IMG/VR virus record: IMGVR_UViG_3300036944_001289 | Coordinates: 62,001 to 126,000 of that record | Length of the DNA stretch: 64,000 nt | Strand: one strand, 5' to 3' | Shown here: positions 10,396 through 21,397 of the stretch, piece by piece | Numbering within the stretch: the first letter of the stretch is position 1 | Layout: each line of letters begins with the position of its first letter | Notes under the pieces: generated by a model | The model's database searches: none | Told to the model about the DNA's origin: nothing | The model's input: only the letters and a program-made list of their open reading frames with translations | Translations under genes and position numbers: made by a program

Positions 10396-11010
10396 ATGCA
10401 GAAAAAGTTTCTCACCCTTATAGAAAACACTATCGTACGTAATACTAATGGAGGCTTACTTGTTGGTGATGTTGTAAAATTAGCTGATGGCTTTAAAACT
10501 AAAGAAAAATTTAAGGAATTACCTGATATTACAAAGGAGAAAATATTAGACTTTTCTAAAAGTGATCTCAACTTGTTTATAACAGCAATTAAAACAGAAT
10601 ATCCTTCAAGCTACACTTCAAGTGAATTAAATAGGGGTGGTTGTTTTTATGTCGAAATAGCCCCAGAGTTAGCTCCAGGTTTACTAGATAGACAAAATAA
10701 AGTAACAGTTTGTGCTTCATTACTTATCCCAGATAATAATTACCCTAACTTACCAAAAATACCAGATTCAATAAGAAGAAAAGAAAAGATCAACATGAAA
10801 CCTATACCTGTTGGTGCTTATGAAGAGAATGAAGAGACTATAAATTCACCACATAACCAAACTTGCAAAACACAGCAAGGTGATAAACTAGGTTTAACAC
10901 AAAAGACATTACCCACAAAGAATACAGTTATTCCTTCTGAGACAGCAAAAGACCCCAAGATCAAACCGATCAAGGAGTCTTATGTTAATAACTATATGAA
11001 TGGTTTCTAA
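10396..11010 (+). CDS. Hypothetical late protein
   Basis: 204-aa ORF; TAAATA-N5-ATG; N-terminus MQKKFLTLIE. Confidence 0.65.
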   Translation: MQKKFLTLIENTIVRNTNGGLLVGDVVKLADGFKTKEKFKELPDITKEKILDFSKSDLNLFITAIKTEYPSSYTSSELNRGGCFYVEIAPELAPGLLDRQNKVTVCASLLIPDNNYPNLPKIPDSIRRKEKINMKPIPVGAYEENEETINSPHNQTCKTQQGDKLGLTQKTLPTKNTVIPSETAKDPKIKPIKESYVNNYMNGF

Positions 11011-11930
11011 ACCTTTTCTATTTGACAAAAGCAAGCAAACGCATTTATCTCTTTATCAACTACAAACGCATCTCTATATAAGTACTCACTAACTATTAAC
11101 ACAACCTGACGTTTAAAATCGTCAGGTTTTTCACTGTTATATATAAAGTTTAGGTACGACTTAAGCAAATTACTGTAGTCACCTTGAAATAGAGATTCAT
11201 TCTCTATTAGATGCTTTCTTAAATCTAAAACTTTCTTAGATGTTAATAGTTCATCTATCTTTTGTATGAGTGTATTATTTAACTTGATATCAGGAATTGA
11301 AAGAGTACCTGTTATCGAATATTTTTGAATACTATTGATAGCTTTTCTTAAATCAGGATAACTGTCTTTTATTACTTGGATTAAATATGGCTTTTGCTCT
11401 TGTGGTACGTTTATCTTTTCACTAACTAGTATAGATAGTAATTTCTTACCTATTGCGTTTATAGGTGGTGTAAGGTCAAAGTATTGAGTTCTACTTTGTA
11501 TCGCTGTTATATTTTTATGTTTATAGTTAGCTGTTAAAATAAATCTTGTATAAGATGCATGCTCTTCAATAGCGTTACGAAGACATTTCTGACCCTCGAG
11601 AGTTATACCATCAGCTTCATCTAATATAATAACCTTAATACCACCATCTATGGATCGTATTTGTGCAAAGTTTGTTACTTTATTTCTAATAGTATCGATA
11701 CCATTTTCATCTGACGCATTTATATATAGATACTGACATTTTAATATATCTTGTACAATTATTTTAGCAAGTGTTGTCTTACCAATACCAGGTGGGCCAA
11801 CAAACATTAGATGAGGAATATCATCTTTAATAGAAGAGAAGTACTTTCTATTCTCGTCGGTAAGTACCATATCATCTAATGTTTTAGGTCTAAATTTTTC
11901 AACCCACAATTTTTCAAAATTTTCAATCAT
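11007..11930 (-). CDS. gp44: Clamp loader AAA+ subunit (gp44/RFC-small-like)
   Basis: LWVEKFRP, GPPGIGKTT, INASDENG, ILDEADG. Confidence 0.95.
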   Translation of the reverse strand: MIENFEKLWVEKFRPKTLDDMVLTDENRKYFSSIKDDIPHLMFVGPPGIGKTTLAKIIVQDILKCQYLYINASDENGIDTIRNKVTNFAQIRSIDGGIKVIILDEADGITLEGQKCLRNAIEEHASYTRFILTANYKHKNITAIQSRTQYFDLTPPINAIGKKLLSILVSEKINVPQEQKPYLIQVIKDSYPDLRKAINSIQKYSITGTLSIPDIKLNNTLIQKIDELLTSKKVLDLRKHLIENESLFQGDYSNLLKSYLNFIYNSEKPDDFKRQVVLIVSEYLYRDAFVVDKEINAFACFCQIEKV

Positions 11931-12217
11931 ATTATTTTATTATCTAAGATAAACTCACCTACGCAACCTAATATATAATCTACACGTTCCTTATCATCTT
12001 TTGGTAAATCAAATAAATCAAGAGATAAAGTACTGTCATTAATCCAAACAGTGATATCACTGTTTGGATGTATTACAACTTTAAACGAATAACCTTCCCA
12101 ATTTTTATTAAGTATGTCCATAATAATCCAGGAATCACACATATCACAAATCTGGCTACTCGATAAAATTTCTTTGTTTTTACTTTTTGACATCAGATGA
12201 TCCAAAACCTTTTTCAC
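11927..12217 (-). CDS. Hypothetical protein
   Basis: 96-aa ORF overlapping both neighbours. Confidence 0.55.
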   Translation of the reverse strand: MKKVLDHLMSKSKNKEILSSSQICDMCDSWIIMDILNKNWEGYSFKVVIHPNSDITVWINDSTLSLDLFDLPKDDKERVDYILGCVGEFILDNKII

Positions 12218-12632
12218 CTCGATTAGTTTCGGTTACTTCAGTTGTCCATTCTGTATTTGCTTGTATTAGTGGATAAATTACAAACTGGGCAATTTTATCA
12301 CCAGCTTTAATTGACTGATCTTCAGTTCCAAAATTATATAACTTTATACCGCAATCTCCTCTGTAAGGGTTATCGATAATTCCTGCGTGTGGGAATATGT
12401 GTTTCTTAAAACCTATTCCAGACCTACCTTCTACTTTAAACCAGAATCCGGGCGTTATATAGCCCACCTTAAGACCTACAGGTACTACAGCCCACCCCTT
12501 TGCTGGAATTACCATATCTTCAACCGCTGTAACGTCATAACCAGAATCACCTACATAGGGTTCTTTATGATTAGGCATAGGTAATACAGCCTTTTCATTC
12601 GTTTTAATAAATTTAATTGTAACAGGATACAT
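12180..12632 (-). CDS. dut: Trimeric dUTPase
   Basis: SGYDV, GRSG, GIIDNPYRG, KIAQFV, RGEKGFGSS; start moved to MYPVT, just downstream of a TTGAAT-N15-TATAAT promoter. Confidence 0.95.
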   Translation of the reverse strand: MYPVTIKFIKTNEKAVLPMPNHKEPYVGDSGYDVTAVEDMVIPAKGWAVVPVGLKVGYITPGFWFKVEGRSGIGFKKHIFPHAGIIDNPYRGDCGIKLYNFGTEDQSIKAGDKIAQFVIYPLIQANTEWTTEVTETNRGEKGFGSSDVKK

Positions 12633-12692
12633 ATATATTCTATTATATAATAAAAATATTGAATTCAAGGGTATTTCAGATAAGTATTATTG

Positions 12693-13175
12693 ATGGATAA
12701 CAATACAGATACTAGTGACGTTGTTTCACAACTTATAGAACAGTTGAAAACTACTGCTTCTATTATAGATAAGAAGCAAAAAGATAGTGTTAGAGAAAGG
12801 TTATCCACAGATGATATTGAATCTTTAATTATCGATTCAAGTGCCAAATTAATAAAAGGTTCCGTAGACGCTGTAGATGATCTTAAACAGCTTGTACTTA
12901 CAGCTCCAAATGCTGAAGACGTTGAGGCATTATCTAAATTAGTAGCAGCTGCAGCTGCAGCAATAGAAAGTCTTAATAAAGTTTATAATACAAATCGTAA
13001 AGTTGAAGCTGCTAAGATGCTAAAGCAAATGGATATCGATAATAGACAAAAATTACAGCAAGTCGAAATTCAAGGTAAACTGACGATAAACCGTGAAGAG
13101 CTTATTAAGCAAATGTTAAACGATGCTAAGACAATCGATGTTACTGTAACAACGGTTACGCAAGAGTCTGCTTAA
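12693..13175 (+). CDS. Probable terminase small subunit (gp16-like)
   Basis: Helical LIKGSVDAVDDLKQLVLTAPNAEDVEALSKLV...INREELIKQML pattern resembles T4-like gp16; recognised by eye only. Confidence 0.45.
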   Translation: MDNNTDTSDVVSQLIEQLKTTASIIDKKQKDSVRERLSTDDIESLIIDSSAKLIKGSVDAVDDLKQLVLTAPNAEDVEALSKLVAAAAAAIESLNKVYNTNRKVEAAKMLKQMDIDNRQKLQQVEIQGKLTINREELIKQMLNDAKTIDVTVTTVTQESA

Positions 13176-14040
13176 TTGTATTCTTAACGATGTTGAGGTC
13201 GTTTTTAAGTATATCTACATTTTTTGATATACCTTCCATATTTGTTATAGTGTACTTATAAAATATGGACTTTCTTTCAGGGTCTAAATCTTTAGGATTA
13301 AGCTGTTTGAAGAATGATATAAACTCATATAAATTTCCTAACACTAACTGCAACTTGTCTAGTATATCTAGTTGGTAGTAATTAATTCTATCGAAATATA
13401 ATATATCTGTAACAAGGTTATTACCATGAGGTGTAGTTGCAGTGTCTTTCGTATTGTTTACGATACCTGATAGAGAATATCTTAATAAAGAGTCTGTGGT
13501 ATAGGAAGCGCTTTTCAAAATAGATAATTCAGGTTTGGATATCTTATTCAATATTGTAGTAGGAATGCTATTTAAAATAAAATAGTTATCTTGATATACA
13601 TCGTAATATGGTGAGGTATTATTATCAAGTATACATGTAGTATCACCTATAATGCCTACATCGTCAGAAAAATCTACGAAAAGATTATTATTCTGAATAA
13701 TAGAAGAAACTATTGTTTTATATTGTTCAGATAGTGACTGATATTTTTCAATAAAGAACAATTTAAAAGTGTCGTCTATTTTTTTAGTACTTATTGGAGT
13801 ACCGGTATTATCGTATTGAGGTACAATAAAATTTGTAGAGTTTAGTAGGTTATATATTTTACCGTATTCTGATAGTACATTAGTGCTTGTTTTAGCCCGC
13901 TCAAAATCAATACTAAGTTTAAGCTCCGCAATATAGTTACTAAACGCACTTAATATTGTTGTTGTGTTGTTGTAATATTGTATTGATGTGTTTTGAATAA
14001 CATCTATATAATCCGGTAAAAGTGTGGTTTTATAACTCAT
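13156..14040 (-). CDS. Hypothetical protein (baseplate operon)
   Basis: 294-aa ORF coupled by ATGA overlap to the upstream gene. Confidence 0.6.
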   Translation of the reverse strand: MSYKTTLLPDYIDVIQNTSIQYYNNTTTILSAFSNYIAELKLSIDFERAKTSTNVLSEYGKIYNLLNSTNFIVPQYDNTGTPISTKKIDDTFKLFFIEKYQSLSEQYKTIVSSIIQNNNLFVDFSDDVGIIGDTTCILDNNTSPYYDVYQDNYFILNSIPTTILNKISKPELSILKSASYTTDSLLRYSLSGIVNNTKDTATTPHGNNLVTDILYFDRINYYQLDILDKLQLVLGNLYEFISFFKQLNPKDLDPERKSIFYKYTITNMEGISKNVDILKNDLNIVKNTIKQTLA

Positions 14041-15581
14041 ATAATATCCTCATTTATCTTTGGGTCAGTAAAATGATATGTCTTTACTGCAATTATTTTA
14101 TCGTAAAATGAATTGTCCTTAAATACATGCTTTACATCTATGGTATAATAAATTCCAAGAAATTTATTATCAAAATCATTATCAATATACGAACCTCTTC
14201 TATCGATAGAAAAAAACCTACCACCACCTCTTGCTAAATTACCTTTTACTAATATCTCTACACCCATATTAAGAATAAGGGCGTTAAATAGTGCTTTATT
14301 TCTACCTTGACTTAAAAGTACTAAAGGGTCGTGATATGTTGAAAATATATTGTCAAATGTTTGATTTGTTTTCTTTAGTATATTGTTTATAAAGCTAGGG
14401 TATGGTTTTTGAAATTTACCTTTAAGCACATTAACATAGTTTGAAGTAAAATCTCTTTTTACTTCTTCAATATCACCATCTACACAATCCATTATAAACG
14501 ACTTATTTTCAAAATCATATGCATGCACTATCTTAGTTTTAACTTTGTTGGTATATATATCTGCAGGTACGTTGAAGAAATTTACTTCAATTACATCACT
14601 CATATCACCCATTTCAAGTGTTAAACTTGGCTTTTTAATATCATTTATAGATACGTTATCACTATTTTGTGCACCAGTTATGTTGAAATTTTCAATAAAC
14701 TCTGAACCACCTGCATCTAAATCTCCACGTTTAATATAAGCATTTCTAAATATATCAGCAGTACTTCTTAAAGTAAACTCACCAGTATAACTGTTCTTTT
14801 TAAATAAAGAAAAATCATTACTACTATCACCAGATACGTGTAAGCTTAAAAAGTAGTCAATATCATCCATTGCAGACATATCTGACGGTGATGAGAAAAA
14901 TAATTTATACGATCCTTGTTCAAAATTAGGAGTTGATCCATCTGCTGCAGTTTCAAACAGACTGTCTTCTTCAAGCGCTTTTGTAAGTATTGCTTTTATG
15001 CAATCACCTGTATAAGCTTCTCTAAGCGTATCACTTGACTGTGCTGTATTTACATTTTTAACTAAATCAGATGTTGTAAAGAATACTTTACGTTCTTTTA
15101 GAATTTGATAATCTAAGTCAACTATATCATATCTCTTTAATTTACCTTTATCCGAAGGTAAATTAGTTTCATTAGACAATACAAAGTAATAGTTTAACCC
15201 GAAGAATTCATTGAACTTATCATTGGGAGCGTTAAATTGATCTTCACCATCTAATAATGGTATTATAGTGATATATAAAATATCTCTACCATCACCTCTT
15301 ACCTTAAATCCAAAATTACGCTCAAAGTCACTGTTTAACTCTTTATTTGTGTCTTCTGATACGTATCTTTCTATAACGTCGTCGGTGTTATCTACTATAA
15401 TATAACCATCTAAGTAGAAATTAAAAATATTATCACTTAATGAAAGTTCTTTAATAGATGTTTTTGTTAGTGTAACTGCTGAATCAGCATTAAACAATAT
15501 AGCTCTAAATATATAATATTTGTTATCTATTATATATTTAAATTGATCGAATAACGATGTATCTCCTACTTTATACCTCAT
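14037..15581 (-). CDS. Probable baseplate hub protein (gp27-like)
   Basis: LSLSDNIFNFYLDGYIIVDN start; C-terminal ILVKGN...FLGIYYTIDVKHVF; follows gp53. Confidence 0.55.
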   Translation of the reverse strand: MRYKVGDTSLFDQFKYIIDNKYYIFRAILFNADSAVTLTKTSIKELSLSDNIFNFYLDGYIIVDNTDDVIERYVSEDTNKELNSDFERNFGFKVRGDGRDILYITIIPLLDGEDQFNAPNDKFNEFFGLNYYFVLSNETNLPSDKGKLKRYDIVDLDYQILKERKVFFTTSDLVKNVNTAQSSDTLREAYTGDCIKAILTKALEEDSLFETAADGSTPNFEQGSYKLFFSSPSDMSAMDDIDYFLSLHVSGDSSNDFSLFKKNSYTGEFTLRSTADIFRNAYIKRGDLDAGGSEFIENFNITGAQNSDNVSINDIKKPSLTLEMGDMSDVIEVNFFNVPADIYTNKVKTKIVHAYDFENKSFIMDCVDGDIEEVKRDFTSNYVNVLKGKFQKPYPSFINNILKKTNQTFDNIFSTYHDPLVLLSQGRNKALFNALILNMGVEILVKGNLARGGGRFFSIDRRGSYIDNDFDNKFLGIYYTIDVKHVFKDNSFYDKIIAVKTYHFTDPKINEDII

Positions 15582-15943
15582 TGTAATTGTGCTTTAATAC
15601 TATCTAGTATGGGTTTTATAAATTCTTTTTTAATAATTTTAATTGTTTTTCCTACTAATTTAGGGTCTTGTGGGTATTTAATTTCATTTACCACACATAT
15701 CAACCACCACAACTGCGTGGTACCATAAGCTTGATAACTCAATACAGAGAATGGTGTATTTTTTTGTATGTTATATGTGAAAAAATAATCATTATTGATA
15801 TCTTTAGGTAATGTAATCTTTTTTATAATGTTATAAAAATAAAAGTCTTTTTCACCTGTTTGATATAATTTGAATATGTTTTCATAACGATATAGCTCTA
15901 ACTCTTGTAAATCGTCTATATTATTCTGATAGTTACCGTCCAT
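15578..15943 (-). CDS. gp53: Baseplate wedge gp53-like (LysM-like)
   Basis: LSYQAYGTTQLWWLICVVNEI motif. Confidence 0.8.
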   Translation of the reverse strand: MDGNYQNNIDDLQELELYRYENIFKLYQTGEKDFYFYNIIKKITLPKDINNDYFFTYNIQKNTPFSVLSYQAYGTTQLWWLICVVNEIKYPQDPKLVGKTIKIIKKEFIKPILDSIKAQLQ

Positions 15944-15955
15944 ATGTATATTTAA

Positions 15956-17092
15956 TTATAAGGTTTGTTTTGTTATGGTTACAACGTTTCGTTGTAATCC
16001 TGCGAATAAGAAGTTTCTTGTCTCTTCATTTAGACCTGTAATTGTCATAGTTAGTTGATAAGCATCAGGTACAATAGTTGTAATATTTTCTATTATGCTG
16101 TTATCTTTACTTACTACATTGGGTACAGGTATCACCATTAATCTTCTATTACCTAAAAATTCTATATTTAGATTCTGAATATATGCATACGGTAATGATA
16201 CTACACCTGGTATATCAATACTGTATATTACAGGTAAGTCTATTATATTTTTATCATAACGACCCGGTCTATTTTGATATATTAAAGCAAATAATAATTG
16301 CCAATTATTCGATATATCTGAAAATGTACCTGTATTTAATAATGGAATTTTTACTGTGATAGATCTACCACTTTGACCGAATGCAAATTGCTGAGATTTT
16401 TCAATATAAGTACCTGGTTTAAGTAGACCTGCAAGATTTTTTGATATCTCACCTACATCTGAAACTATATCTAGTAGACCTGTGAATAGACCACCACTGC
16501 TCTCTAAATTGTATGATGCATTTGAATCAAAGTACTTATTATCAAAGTAAGGAAAGATATATTTGAATCCTGTGTCTTCGGTTATATACAACCCAGAGTA
16601 AGGTTCGAGTGCAGGATTATTAAAGGTACCTACAGCTGATTTAATACCATCAATCCCCCTTTTTAACGACTCTATAGACTGTTTACCAATTTCTGACTCT
16701 TTAAATGCCTGTATTGCTTTATCAGTTATCCCACCTGTTGCGATACCACCTAGCTCAGTAAGTGATTTTGCAATAGTTGCACCACCGTCCAATGTTGCAA
16801 AAACGCTATAAGCAGCATTAGCTATAGAATTATTTACAAGAATTCTTTTTTCATACATGTAAATTGGTGGTACGTCTAATCTAGCATTTTTTGGACTTTT
16901 AGTCCATTGAAAATCTTTTATTACATCTATGTAGTCTGTAGACGCGGCATCGGCTCCGTAATTTTTAAAACGTAACTGAGATACATCTGCACCATTTACT
17001 TGTGCAGATGTAACAGGTGAAGAATTACCTCTTGTTAATATAGGTAAAGCGCCGTTTCCTTGCGGTGGTAATGTTAAGGTCCAAAGATTCAT
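15956..17092 (-). CDS. Baseplate tail-tube cap (gp48-like)
   Basis: RSITVKIPL...PVIYSIDIPG...AYIQNLNIEF...YQLTMTI tube-fold pattern; gene position. Confidence 0.55.
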   Translation of the reverse strand: MNLWTLTLPPQGNGALPILTRGNSSPVTSAQVNGADVSQLRFKNYGADAASTDYIDVIKDFQWTKSPKNARLDVPPIYMYEKRILVNNSIANAAYSVFATLDGGATIAKSLTELGGIATGGITDKAIQAFKESEIGKQSIESLKRGIDGIKSAVGTFNNPALEPYSGLYITEDTGFKYIFPYFDNKYFDSNASYNLESSGGLFTGLLDIVSDVGEISKNLAGLLKPGTYIEKSQQFAFGQSGRSITVKIPLLNTGTFSDISNNWQLLFALIYQNRPGRYDKNIIDLPVIYSIDIPGVVSLPYAYIQNLNIEFLGNRRLMVIPVPNVVSKDNSIIENITTIVPDAYQLTMTITGLNEETRNFLFAGLQRNVVTITKQTL

Positions 17093-17093
17093 A

Positions 17094-18716
17094 TTATGTG
17101 TAAGCTCGTTGTAGGTCTCTTATAGAGGTTGTTTGAAATACATTTGTGACAGTATTATTTGTAGATACTACGCTATTATTGTTATTATTAATATTGGATA
17201 TTTTATTAGCTAATTCAGCTAATAATCTCTTGCTTTCATCTAATATTTCTAATTGCTTATATAATAGCTTATTGGATTCATCTGTTGCCTGTTTTAGTTT
17301 AACTAAATCTTGACTATTACTATCTACACCACCATCTACAGACTCGTAATTGATTGGGTTGATAGATTCGTCTGCATCTTCAGGGAAAGGATCTTTGTTA
17401 GTATCTTCTATATCTATTTTAGTCGGGAAGGGTATTTGATTAGGAGATGCTTCATCGGTTAGTGCATCTATGTTTTCTTCTTTATTTGCTTTTGCTTTTT
17501 CTATTTTAAGTTTTTCTGTAGCTGCTTTTTCTTCTGCTTCAGACTTTGCAATCTCTGCTTCTATACCTGGTATATCCAGACCCATTACAGACGCTAGTTT
17601 ACCTTTGACACTAACACCAAAGATTTCAAAATCGGGTATCATATTCCAAAGACCTAGTACTAGTTTATTTTTTATCTTTTTAAAGAAATCTACTAACATT
17701 ACACCTTTTGGTTTTGCTTTACCTCCTGCTACATCTGAACCACCTGCTTTATAATCCAAGAAAGCATTTAATACGCCTAGACCTATACTTAAAGCGGTTC
17801 CATAACCAGGTACTATACTTGCTATACCCGAGGCTACGTCAATTAACCCACCAACGACATCACCCTTTTTAAATCTAGTATATGCAGAGTACCAATCAAT
17901 TAAACTTCCAATACCTGGTATTCTTCTCAAGATCGGTTTAAGTATTTTTGAAGCACCACTAAGAATTTTTGTAAAAAGGTCTTTACCTAAACCTTTAGTG
18001 ATACCTATAAAAGGCTTTAATAGTCCTGTTGTAAGTCTTTTAAAACCTTCTTTTATAGGTCCAAATATTTTTTTGAAAAAATCTATAGGCATTATAGACT
18101 TTACTTTATTTAAAATAAAACCTATACCTTTCATTACTGTTAATGCAACTTTCTTAAATGCACCTTTTAGTCCAGAAAAACCACTCTCAATCAAATCGAG
18201 TGGTAGTAGATTTTTGATAAACTTTAATAACCCTGAAACCTTTTTAAGTAAAACGTTACGCATCCACTTTATACCCGCTAATATACCACCTTTACCTAGT
18301 AGTGTGAGTAAACCTTTTAGTGGGCCATCATTTAATAACCCCATAATAAGTGCCGCTAATCCGCTAAGTATTAATAGTGCAGGCCCTATTAAACCTTTTA
18401 TAAATTTCATAAAACCACTGTCCTCCTTAACAGCTTCTTCCTTTTTAATTGTTTTTGCTGTAGGTATTAGTGATTTTAACTTTCTTAAAGCTTTAACCCC
18501 GATATCATCTAAAGACATCGGTATCAACTCCTTAACAACACTTTCTTGTTTAGGATTTTGTCGAATATTGTTACCTAAGACATTTTTTACATTTTCAGGT
18601 GCCTTTTTTGATTTATCAGAGATAGGCTTATCTTTAGACGCAGCAATATGTTCTGACAATCTTCCTGTTGTTTGTGTTAGTAATAATAATACATCAGCTA
18701 GACTTCTATCTGCCAT
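17094..18716 (-). CDS. Tape-measure-like protein
   Basis: Amphipathic G/K/L/F repeats, hydrophobic segments, RIPGIGSLI...GDVVGGLI motif, baseplate context. Confidence 0.6.
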   Translation of the reverse strand: MADRSLADVLLLLTQTTGRLSEHIAASKDKPISDKSKKAPENVKNVLGNNIRQNPKQESVVKELIPMSLDDIGVKALRKLKSLIPTAKTIKKEEAVKEDSGFMKFIKGLIGPALLILSGLAALIMGLLNDGPLKGLLTLLGKGGILAGIKWMRNVLLKKVSGLLKFIKNLLPLDLIESGFSGLKGAFKKVALTVMKGIGFILNKVKSIMPIDFFKKIFGPIKEGFKRLTTGLLKPFIGITKGLGKDLFTKILSGASKILKPILRRIPGIGSLIDWYSAYTRFKKGDVVGGLIDVASGIASIVPGYGTALSIGLGVLNAFLDYKAGGSDVAGGKAKPKGVMLVDFFKKIKNKLVLGLWNMIPDFEIFGVSVKGKLASVMGLDIPGIEAEIAKSEAEEKAATEKLKIEKAKANKEENIDALTDEASPNQIPFPTKIDIEDTNKDPFPEDADESINPINYESVDGGVDSNSQDLVKLKQATDESNKLLYKQLEILDESKRLLAELANKISNINNNNNSVVSTNNTVTNVFQTTSIRDLQRAYT

Positions 18717-18735
18717 GTAATTATTTAATACTAGA

Positions 18736-19470
18736 TTATATTACAAATAGATCAGGCAAAATATCTACGTAATATTCTGTATTAGGTATTCTGGTTAGCT
18801 CTTTTTCTAATTCTCTTATATCTGTTATAAATTTTATAATATTAATAAACTCTGATGAATCTATAGCTTCTAGTATTGTAAAATTGTTAGCAGTAGAAGA
18901 TGTTGATGTTGTAATAACAGTATCAGAAGATAGTATTTTTATTGATTCTACGAATTTAAGTATCTCTCCAACGTATAAATCACTTATAAACCCCTTAATC
19001 CTTTCATCGTTATCTTTATGTATTTTAAGGATATGTTGATTTACCTTATTATCTATCTCAATAGTTGGTACTTTTAATGTAAATAAAAAATTGTTACTTG
19101 CTACAGTCTTTGTAAGAGAGGGTATTTTTACACTAGAGTTTTTATCAATTATACTAGATAGACTAAAAGATTTATCGTCAATTTTTATTACATCTTGCAT
19201 TTGCTGTCTTAGCGTTAGTACTAGATTAACTCTATCGATTGTTGTTATCTGCTGTGTATCAGGTGTATTTTGGTTTATTATCTTATATATATTAGAGTTA
19301 AAATTTAGTAAAGATATAGTTGTGTCTATAGTAGATTCGATAATAGTTTTTTGTTGAGATAAGCTAACAGGTAGAATATCTACGCTTTTGTTGAGAGTTG
19401 GTAAAAACCCGCTTATAGGCTTTTTTATCTTTTTTACCTCATTTAGAATATTATCAAATTTTTCGCTCAT
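18736..19470 (-). CDS. Baseplate hub assembly protein (gp26-like)
   Basis: LPTLNKSV..PVSLSQQKTII...IDR...LR pattern; context. Confidence 0.5.
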   Translation of the reverse strand: MSEKFDNILNEVKKIKKPISGFLPTLNKSVDILPVSLSQQKTIIESTIDTTISLLNFNSNIYKIINQNTPDTQQITTIDRVNLVLTLRQQMQDVIKIDDKSFSLSSIIDKNSSVKIPSLTKTVASNNFLFTLKVPTIEIDNKVNQHILKIHKDNDERIKGFISDLYVGEILKFVESIKILSSDTVITTSTSSTANNFTILEAIDSSEFINIIKFITDIRELEKELTRIPNTEYYVDILPDLFVI

Positions 19471-19499
19471 GTATTATTTTATGATTGGCTTTGTATTAA

Positions 19500-20309
19500 T
19501 CAATCATCCTGTTGTTTTTCTTGTGTTTTAATCTCTTCTTTAAATTTGTCTATTAAAATTTTACATTCAGGGTAAGGCATTGTTTCGAAATCATAAGTAT
19601 TAAATCTAAGATGCCTTCTTAGATCGTATTCAAAGTTGAGTACATTTTGATACTTCTCGTCGTATATGTACTTAAAAAAGTGAATAAATGAACCATCAAG
19701 TAAATGAACTACATATTCTTTATCTAATTTTATTGTAACTGAGTAATTTGAATATTTGGAAGTTATTTTTGAATGTATGTCTGTTACTGGTATTGTAGGT
19801 AGATACGACAGTATTTTTTCTCGTTCATCTTCTGTTAGTGATCGTAGATCTACTGTAGTACCTTCTTTTAGCGTAACTGAAGATATACTATTTTGTATAA
19901 ATCTTACTGGATTTGCTAATGTGTCAGTAAAATTAGTAGGTAGTTCTATATGATATATAATACCATCTACAGCTACATCTATAGGCTCTATCTTTTTATT
20001 AATTTTATCTAGAATAATATCTGTTGGAATATTTACTGTAACATTATCAGTCAGAAGGGATATGTGTTTACCAATAGTTATTTCTCTTATAAAAATTAGG
20101 ATAACTATTTTATCTAAAATGTTAGGTATAAAGGTTATATCTGTTGTTTTTAGTATTATATTATCAAATAGTTCTGAAAGATCTGATATATTTTCGTGTG
20201 AAAATAAGCTCTTACAAAACGACTTATATTCTACAAACGACAACTCTCTTATTTTTATATCTATACCTTTAGTGCACAGTCTAACTTTTGTGTGTGGATA
20301 TAGGTGCAT
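19500..20309 (-). CDS. Baseplate hub assembly protein (gp26/gp51-like)
   Basis: IRELSFVEYK start; C-terminal FETMPYPECKILID resembles gp51. Confidence 0.45.
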   Translation of the reverse strand: MHLYPHTKVRLCTKGIDIKIRELSFVEYKSFCKSLFSHENISDLSELFDNIILKTTDITFIPNILDKIVILIFIREITIGKHISLLTDNVTVNIPTDIILDKINKKIEPIDVAVDGIIYHIELPTNFTDTLANPVRFIQNSISSVTLKEGTTVDLRSLTEDEREKILSYLPTIPVTDIHSKITSKYSNYSVTIKLDKEYVVHLLDGSFIHFFKYIYDEKYQNVLNFEYDLRRHLRFNTYDFETMPYPECKILIDKFKEEIKTQEKQQDD

Positions 20310-21184
20310 TATTTCTGGAATGGAGATATACGAGGAACGATACCTTTGATACCTCTATTAGATATAGCGTCAATTATATCTGGTAAAGGTAAATAAAGTG
20401 TATCTTTTAAAGCATATCTACTATATGTAAAAGATACGTTGTAGGTATCCATACCTTCTGTATCATATTTTAGGTTTCTTGTTGACAGATTTAACGGTAC
20501 ACAATCATAAAAACTCCAGACTTTTCTTGGAATCATTGATAGGTTTTGATAGGATCTGGAGTATTGTATAAGAGTTATATTACATTTAGGGTTTTTTCTT
20601 ATTTCTTCCTTATTATTGGGATCTCTTGCAACATAACCATAATGTGAAGCCATTATTAGCCATGGTCTGATAACTAGATCAGTAAATGAAGTGTTTGTTT
20701 CCATGAACTGAAGAGTTAATTGTTGATCAGTAAATGGTGATCTATTAGTTAATACACTACCAGGTATAAATCCTCTATTATTATCAATAGTTGCTGTTTC
20801 TACTCCAAGATTTTCGGAGGGTATATCTGCACCTTGTAAAAAGATACAACCTACTACACCTTGCATTGGTGTAGATGTTAATATTTTTTTAGCTCTATCA
20901 ATGTCGAAGTTTTTCTTATCACCATCTACGAACTCTAAACTTCTCATCATTGATGTGTTGAGGCCTGATGGAAATGTATCGAATATAGCTATAAATTGTG
21001 TTCTTAAGGGTATGGTACCTACCCATGATTGTAAAGAGGTTAAAAAATAATCTCTAAAACTTATTAATGGCACACCAGGTATGTTCATACCAAAAAGCTG
21101 TACATTAGGTTGTGCTAGTGTACCACCAGCAAATTGGGACGCACCTGTTATAAAATTACCTGTAGCATTTAAGATACCGGACAT
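20309..21184 (-). CDS. Baseplate-tube initiator (gp54-like)
   Basis: QGADIPSEN, LTLQFMET, WSFYDCVP, NVSFTYS tube-family motifs. Confidence 0.65.
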   Translation of the reverse strand: MSGILNATGNFITGASQFAGGTLAQPNVQLFGMNIPGVPLISFRDYFLTSLQSWVGTIPLRTQFIAIFDTFPSGLNTSMMRSLEFVDGDKKNFDIDRAKKILTSTPMQGVVGCIFLQGADIPSENLGVETATIDNNRGFIPGSVLTNRSPFTDQQLTLQFMETNTSFTDLVIRPWLIMASHYGYVARDPNNKEEIRKNPKCNITLIQYSRSYQNLSMIPRKVWSFYDCVPLNLSTRNLKYDTEGMDTYNVSFTYSRYALKDTLYLPLPDIIDAISNRGIKGIVPRISPFQK

Positions 21185-21196
21185 ACTAATATTTAG

Positions 21197-21388
21197 TTAC
21201 AAACCTGCTTTTATGAGTTTTGTATAATATTTTGGATCTTCTGACAAGTGATCTAAAGCAATTTTAGCCGCTATCTTTTCATCGGTCGTGTGTTCTTTTT
21301 CAACCTTAATACCTTTTTGTAGTTCGTTTCTATCTACATTGTACTTTTTTGATAGTTCTTCTATATTATAATATGTTTTAAATTTCAT
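21197..21388 (-). CDS. DUF5661-like small protein
   Basis: ELQKGIKVEKEHT...IALDHLSEDPKYYTKL. Confidence 0.75.
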   Translation of the reverse strand: MKFKTYYNIEELSKKYNVDRNELQKGIKVEKEHTTDEKIAAKIALDHLSEDPKYYTKLIKAGL

Positions 21389-21397
21389 ATAGATATT

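Noticed and set aside
17470-18720. + strand ORFs of 94 and 240 aa, and similar antisense ORFs across the track (e.g. 52932-53336, 56547-57485)
   Set aside because: They lie wholly opposite well-supported genes, have no motifs, and their S/F/L/I-rich composition is typical of reverse-complement frames.
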